Positions 61,357 through 64,000 of a stretch of 64,000 bases of DNA are shown here, piece by piece (position 1 is the stretch's first letter; the number at the start of each line of letters is the position of its first letter). Under the pieces are notes generated by a model that made no database searches, had not been told where the DNA came from, and worked only from the letters and a program-made list of their open reading frames with translations. The position numbers were made by a program, and so were the translations under genes. The stretch lies in the UHGV virus genome UHGV-1368455; one strand, 5' to 3'. Origin of the DNA: a virus.

Positions 61357-62356
61357 GACTGTAAGATTTTAATTGTTAGTATAATTATTATTACTAAGAG
61401 CAATATTACTATCACTCTTACATTTGCAAAGATATAATAATATTATTATATAGCCAAATAATTAACAAAATAATTTCGACTAATAACAATTATATTGCCG
61501 ATAATAACTATAAAATTAGCTATTTTAATACCAGCAGTAATAACTTTAATAATATTGTTATTAATAGTGTTCATAATCAAACTATATATTATATTTGTCC
61601 TCCAAAATTAGAATGAACAAGTATTTTTAATTGATAATATAGTTGAGAATGAAATTTAGAACGTACAACAGGTGTAAGATGCAGCTGTTGGCAATATTTA
61701 CAATATAACTCATATTGATGATTATGAGTAATTGTGCTGTTTGTGTTGTTGTTTGAGTTGTTGTTTGACATTATACTATAAATTATATTAATAATTAGAA
61801 TTGAAGTCTTAATTATATAGTAATGAGAGATAAGGCTGAAAATATTATTAATATTAATAATGAATATTATATTAATAATAAATGAGAGAGTAATATTAAT
61901 AATAAATATGATGTTGTGGTATTATATTATTATTAATAATGTAGAGCGAGAACATACTGCATAATATAGACTGTAATGATAGTATGGCTTTATTATTGTT
62001 CTTTTGTTAATAATGTGTAGTAGAGAAATAAGGAGTAATAATAATAATGATATTATAGTTGAGTATTAATAATAAATATAATGTTTTATTATAATGTTCT
62101 TATTGTTCTGTTATTAAATAATGAATAAGGAGAACTTATTTATATTATTATTAATATAGGATATTAAGCAGTATGAGTAGTAGATAAGAGAAAGTTGCTG
62201 GTGCTGTTAAGAGAGTAGTAGTAGCGAGTAAGAGGGGGAGCTGTTCCTATTACTAATCATCGTGCTATTAATACTGCATAATATTATTACTATCATTATA
62301 GCTATTACTATTATTAGCGAGCGGGTCTTTAGACCCTTTCTCCCCATTAACCGCGT

Positions 62357-62590
62357 TTATAACGGATTACTTGCTTCAAATGTTGCCCAAAACTGTTCTG
62401 ATGATATTGTTGATGATGGTTCTGTGGTTATGTCTATAAATCGAGATATGACAACATCGTCTAAATCATTAATAAGATTAAAGATAGTATCAATATCTTT
62501 ACTATATTCATCAATATTAACATGAGCATTAATACGCTTAATTCTATTAAGCATTTGAATACAAGAGTTAATTCTATCAATATTATTCAT
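62357..62590 (-). CDS. hypothetical small protein
   Basis: 77-aa ORF with ATG at 62588-62590. Two promoter-like motif copies and a hairpin lie upstream. Confidence 0.4.
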   Translation of the reverse strand: MNNIDRINSCIQMLNRIKRINAHVNIDEYSKDIDTIFNLINDLDDVVISRFIDITTEPSSTISSEQFWATFEASNPL

Positions 62591-62687
62591 AGCTTTAATT
62601 ATTTAATGATTACGTGTTCTTAGTGGGAATGATATAAATATCAAGAACACTTAATTATATAGTAATAGTAGTTTTATCTCCCACCAA

Positions 62688-62713
62688 ACTTTTATCCGTT
62701 ATTTCACATGAGG
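62688..62713 (-). promoter_or_regulatory. promoter-like conserved motif, copy A
   Basis: - strand reads GCCTCATGTGAAATAACGGATAAAAG. Consensus CCTCAWGGAAATAACRAATAWAAT is shared by four copies. Confidence 0.3.
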
Positions 62714-62717
62714 CAAC

Positions 62718-62743
62718 ATTTTATTCGTTATTTCCTTGAGGTC
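62718..62743 (-). promoter_or_regulatory. promoter-like conserved motif, copy B
   Basis: - strand reads GACCTCAAGGAAATAACGAATAAAAT. Confidence 0.3.
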
Positions 62744-62839
62744 TGCCCGAACGAACAACAAGGAGCAAAGGTAATGTCCTTGTTATCAATAGCATAGCTG
62801 CCAGTAGTCCGAGGGCTACCAGCAGCTGTGCCGAGAGGA

Positions 62840-63556
62840 TTAGCCAAGCAAATATGCTTTGTAAGCATCGTTGCCGACTTCGCCAAAGCCAACACGAACG
62901 ACATGATGAATAATCTTGTCGTTATCGAATTGGACAGGCGTTTGGTCAGAGGCGAAAGGATTGACGTAATCAGTATGCGCAGGAACATACTGACAGATAA
63001 CATCAATCGTGCCGCCGGCAAACAACGTATTAGCAATATTAGCACGGCCGATGACAGCTGCACTTTCTTGGCCATCAGCCAAAGGTGCAGTCATGTCAGC
63101 AACATTCTGTGCGAATATGGCTTGCTTGCCGCTGTTTTTCATAACAGCGGAAACAGCGTAAGTCGAGGTGATAACATTGTGTGTACGACCGAGTTTGACA
63201 GTTGGCTGACCGAACGCATCAAGATTGTCATTGTCACGAACATCGCCAAAGACAAACTCTTTAACGACGAAAGTAACTTGCGTATAGGTTTCGTGTGCAG
63301 TTGCAACAACGTTGCGAACATGAAGCCCGTTAATACGCCGACAATTAGCGTCAAGTAGCAAATCTTTGATAATGTCGTCAGTTGATTTCTCAACTGGTGC
63401 ATTATCGGCAAGAGTGTCAAATATGGACGTTTTAGAAGCGTCAGCTTCGGGTGCATCCATAACAACGCCAGCTTGTTTAGCACTGTTACCTAACTCAACT
63501 TTGGTTGCAGCGTTACTGCTCTTCGCGCTTGCAGCCTTCTTAGTTGTCTGTGTCAT
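62840..63556 (-). CDS. hypothetical protein (GC-richer)
   Basis: The track ORF starts at a GTG (63577). The first ATG is at 63554-63556 (MTQTTKK…). A promoter-like motif and a 5' hairpin lie upstream. The overlapping ORF 62728-63075 in another frame is treated as a shadow. Confidence 0.55.
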   Translation of the reverse strand: MTQTTKKAASAKSSNAATKVELGNSAKQAGVVMDAPEADASKTSIFDTLADNAPVEKSTDDIIKDLLLDANCRRINGLHVRNVVATAHETYTQVTFVVKEFVFGDVRDNDNLDAFGQPTVKLGRTHNVITSTYAVSAVMKNSGKQAIFAQNVADMTAPLADGQESAAVIGRANIANTLFAGGTIDVICQYVPAHTDYVNPFASDQTPVQFDNDKIIHHVVRVGFGEVGNDAYKAYLLG

Positions 63557-63595
63557 GATAAGTATAATTAATAGCACATAACATCATGTGCAAAA

Positions 63596-63621
63596 TTATA
63601 TTTGTTATTTCCAATGAGGTA
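63596..63621 (-). promoter_or_regulatory. promoter-like conserved motif, copy C
   Basis: - strand reads TACCTCATTGGAAATAACAAATATAAT, about 40 nt upstream of the ATG at 63556. Ends in TATAAT. Confidence 0.35.
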
Positions 63622-63656
63622 AGCGGAAAAAGAAATAAGAGGAGCATTAGCTCCTC
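63622..63656 (-). terminator. rho-independent terminator downstream of the ORF at 63661-63864
   Basis: Stem GAGGAGC (63639-63645) / GCTCCTC (63650-63656) with loop ATTA. On the - strand it is followed by TTATTTCTTTTTCCGCTT. Confidence 0.55.
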
Positions 63657-63660
63657 CTAT

Positions 63661-63864
63661 TTAGCGTTTATTATAATAATCCATATATTCATTTGTACTT
63701 CCAGCTGTGTCATCAAGTTCATCTCCAACACATTCTTCAAGTACATCAATGTATGCAGTAGCTACATCGCTACGTTGTATCATACAATGAATACAATAAA
63801 CAAATACTACATTGAATAGAATACTAACAATGCTAACAACAATGATTAATTCTTTCTTTGTCAT
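63661..63864 (-). CDS. small membrane protein (hypothetical)
   Basis: The track ORF starts at 63915, but that ATG lies inside the conserved upstream motif. ATG at 63862-63864 gives MTKKELIIVVSIVSILFNVVFVYCIHC… with one TM helix, about 67 aa. Confidence 0.4.
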   Translation of the reverse strand: MTKKELIIVVSIVSILFNVVFVYCIHCMIQRSDVATAYIDVLEECVGDELDDTAGSTNEYMDYYNKR

Positions 63865-63895
63865 AATGTTTTCATTTAATAAATTATACATCAAG

Positions 63896-63921
63896 ATTAT
63901 ATTTGTTATTTCCATGAGGTA
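63896..63921 (-). promoter_or_regulatory. promoter-like conserved motif, copy D
   Basis: - strand reads TACCTCATGGAAATAACAAATATAAT, about 32 nt upstream of the ATG at 63864. Confidence 0.35.
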
Positions 63922-64000
63922 CGGGGGTATTCAAGATGCGTTCCGACAGCCGGGGGAGCCTACATAGTACCTCCCCTCTTATACTCATATATACCATTTT

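Noticed and set aside
62728-63075. 115-aa - strand ORF overlapping the gene at 62840-63556 in another frame
   Set aside because: It overlaps a longer, GC-consistent ORF. Treated as a shadow.
1-64000. Integrase, transposase or excisionase that would indicate a prophage or mobile-element boundary
   Set aside because: No tyrosine or serine recombinase, DDE or HNH signatures were recognised by eye in any ORF. The window looks like a contiguous lytic-phage genome segment.

Overview
This 64-kb window is AT-rich and looks like a segment of a crAss-like (Crassvirales-type) Bacteroidota phage genome, with two convergent gene blocks. Positions 1 to 37700 on the + strand hold a virion, tail and cargo module. 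It ends in two giant ORFs of 2237 aa and 4722 aa. The 4722-aa protein carries a DFDVD (DxDxD) catalytic-type motif at 28527-28541, consistent with a virion-packaged multisubunit-like RNA polymerase. The 2237-aa protein carries a zincin-type HExxH motif. Positions 37802 to 63915 on the - strand hold a replication and nucleotide-metabolism module: family-B DNA polymerase, Dda/RecD-like SF1 helicase, a candidate TOPRIM primase, an SSB-like protein, ATP-dependent DNA ligase, a RecT-like protein, a Gp157-like protein, a DUF932-like protein, dUTPase, a ThyX-like protein, a dNMP-kinase-like protein, a DUF4406-like protein and a tRNA-Gln(UUG). The two blocks meet at a bidirectional terminator at 37727-37780. 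No integrase or transposase was recognised. Standard genetic code applies, because the giant ORFs are uninterrupted. The most unusual feature is a dispersed element of about 20-27 bp with core CCCCGTAGAGGG. It occurs at least 18 times in both orientations. Fourteen copies are embedded in frame inside otherwise unrelated genes on both strands, where they encode short P/G/S/T-rich peptides (SPVEG, LPRRG, PSTGE, LYGGV). The other four copies form two intergenic inverted pairs about 100 bp long. Also notable are a four-copy promoter-like motif upstream of the rightmost - strand genes and an AT-rich noncoding tract of about 900 bp with iterated ATTAATAATAAAT motifs. All functional calls rest on motifs read by eye; no database search was possible.
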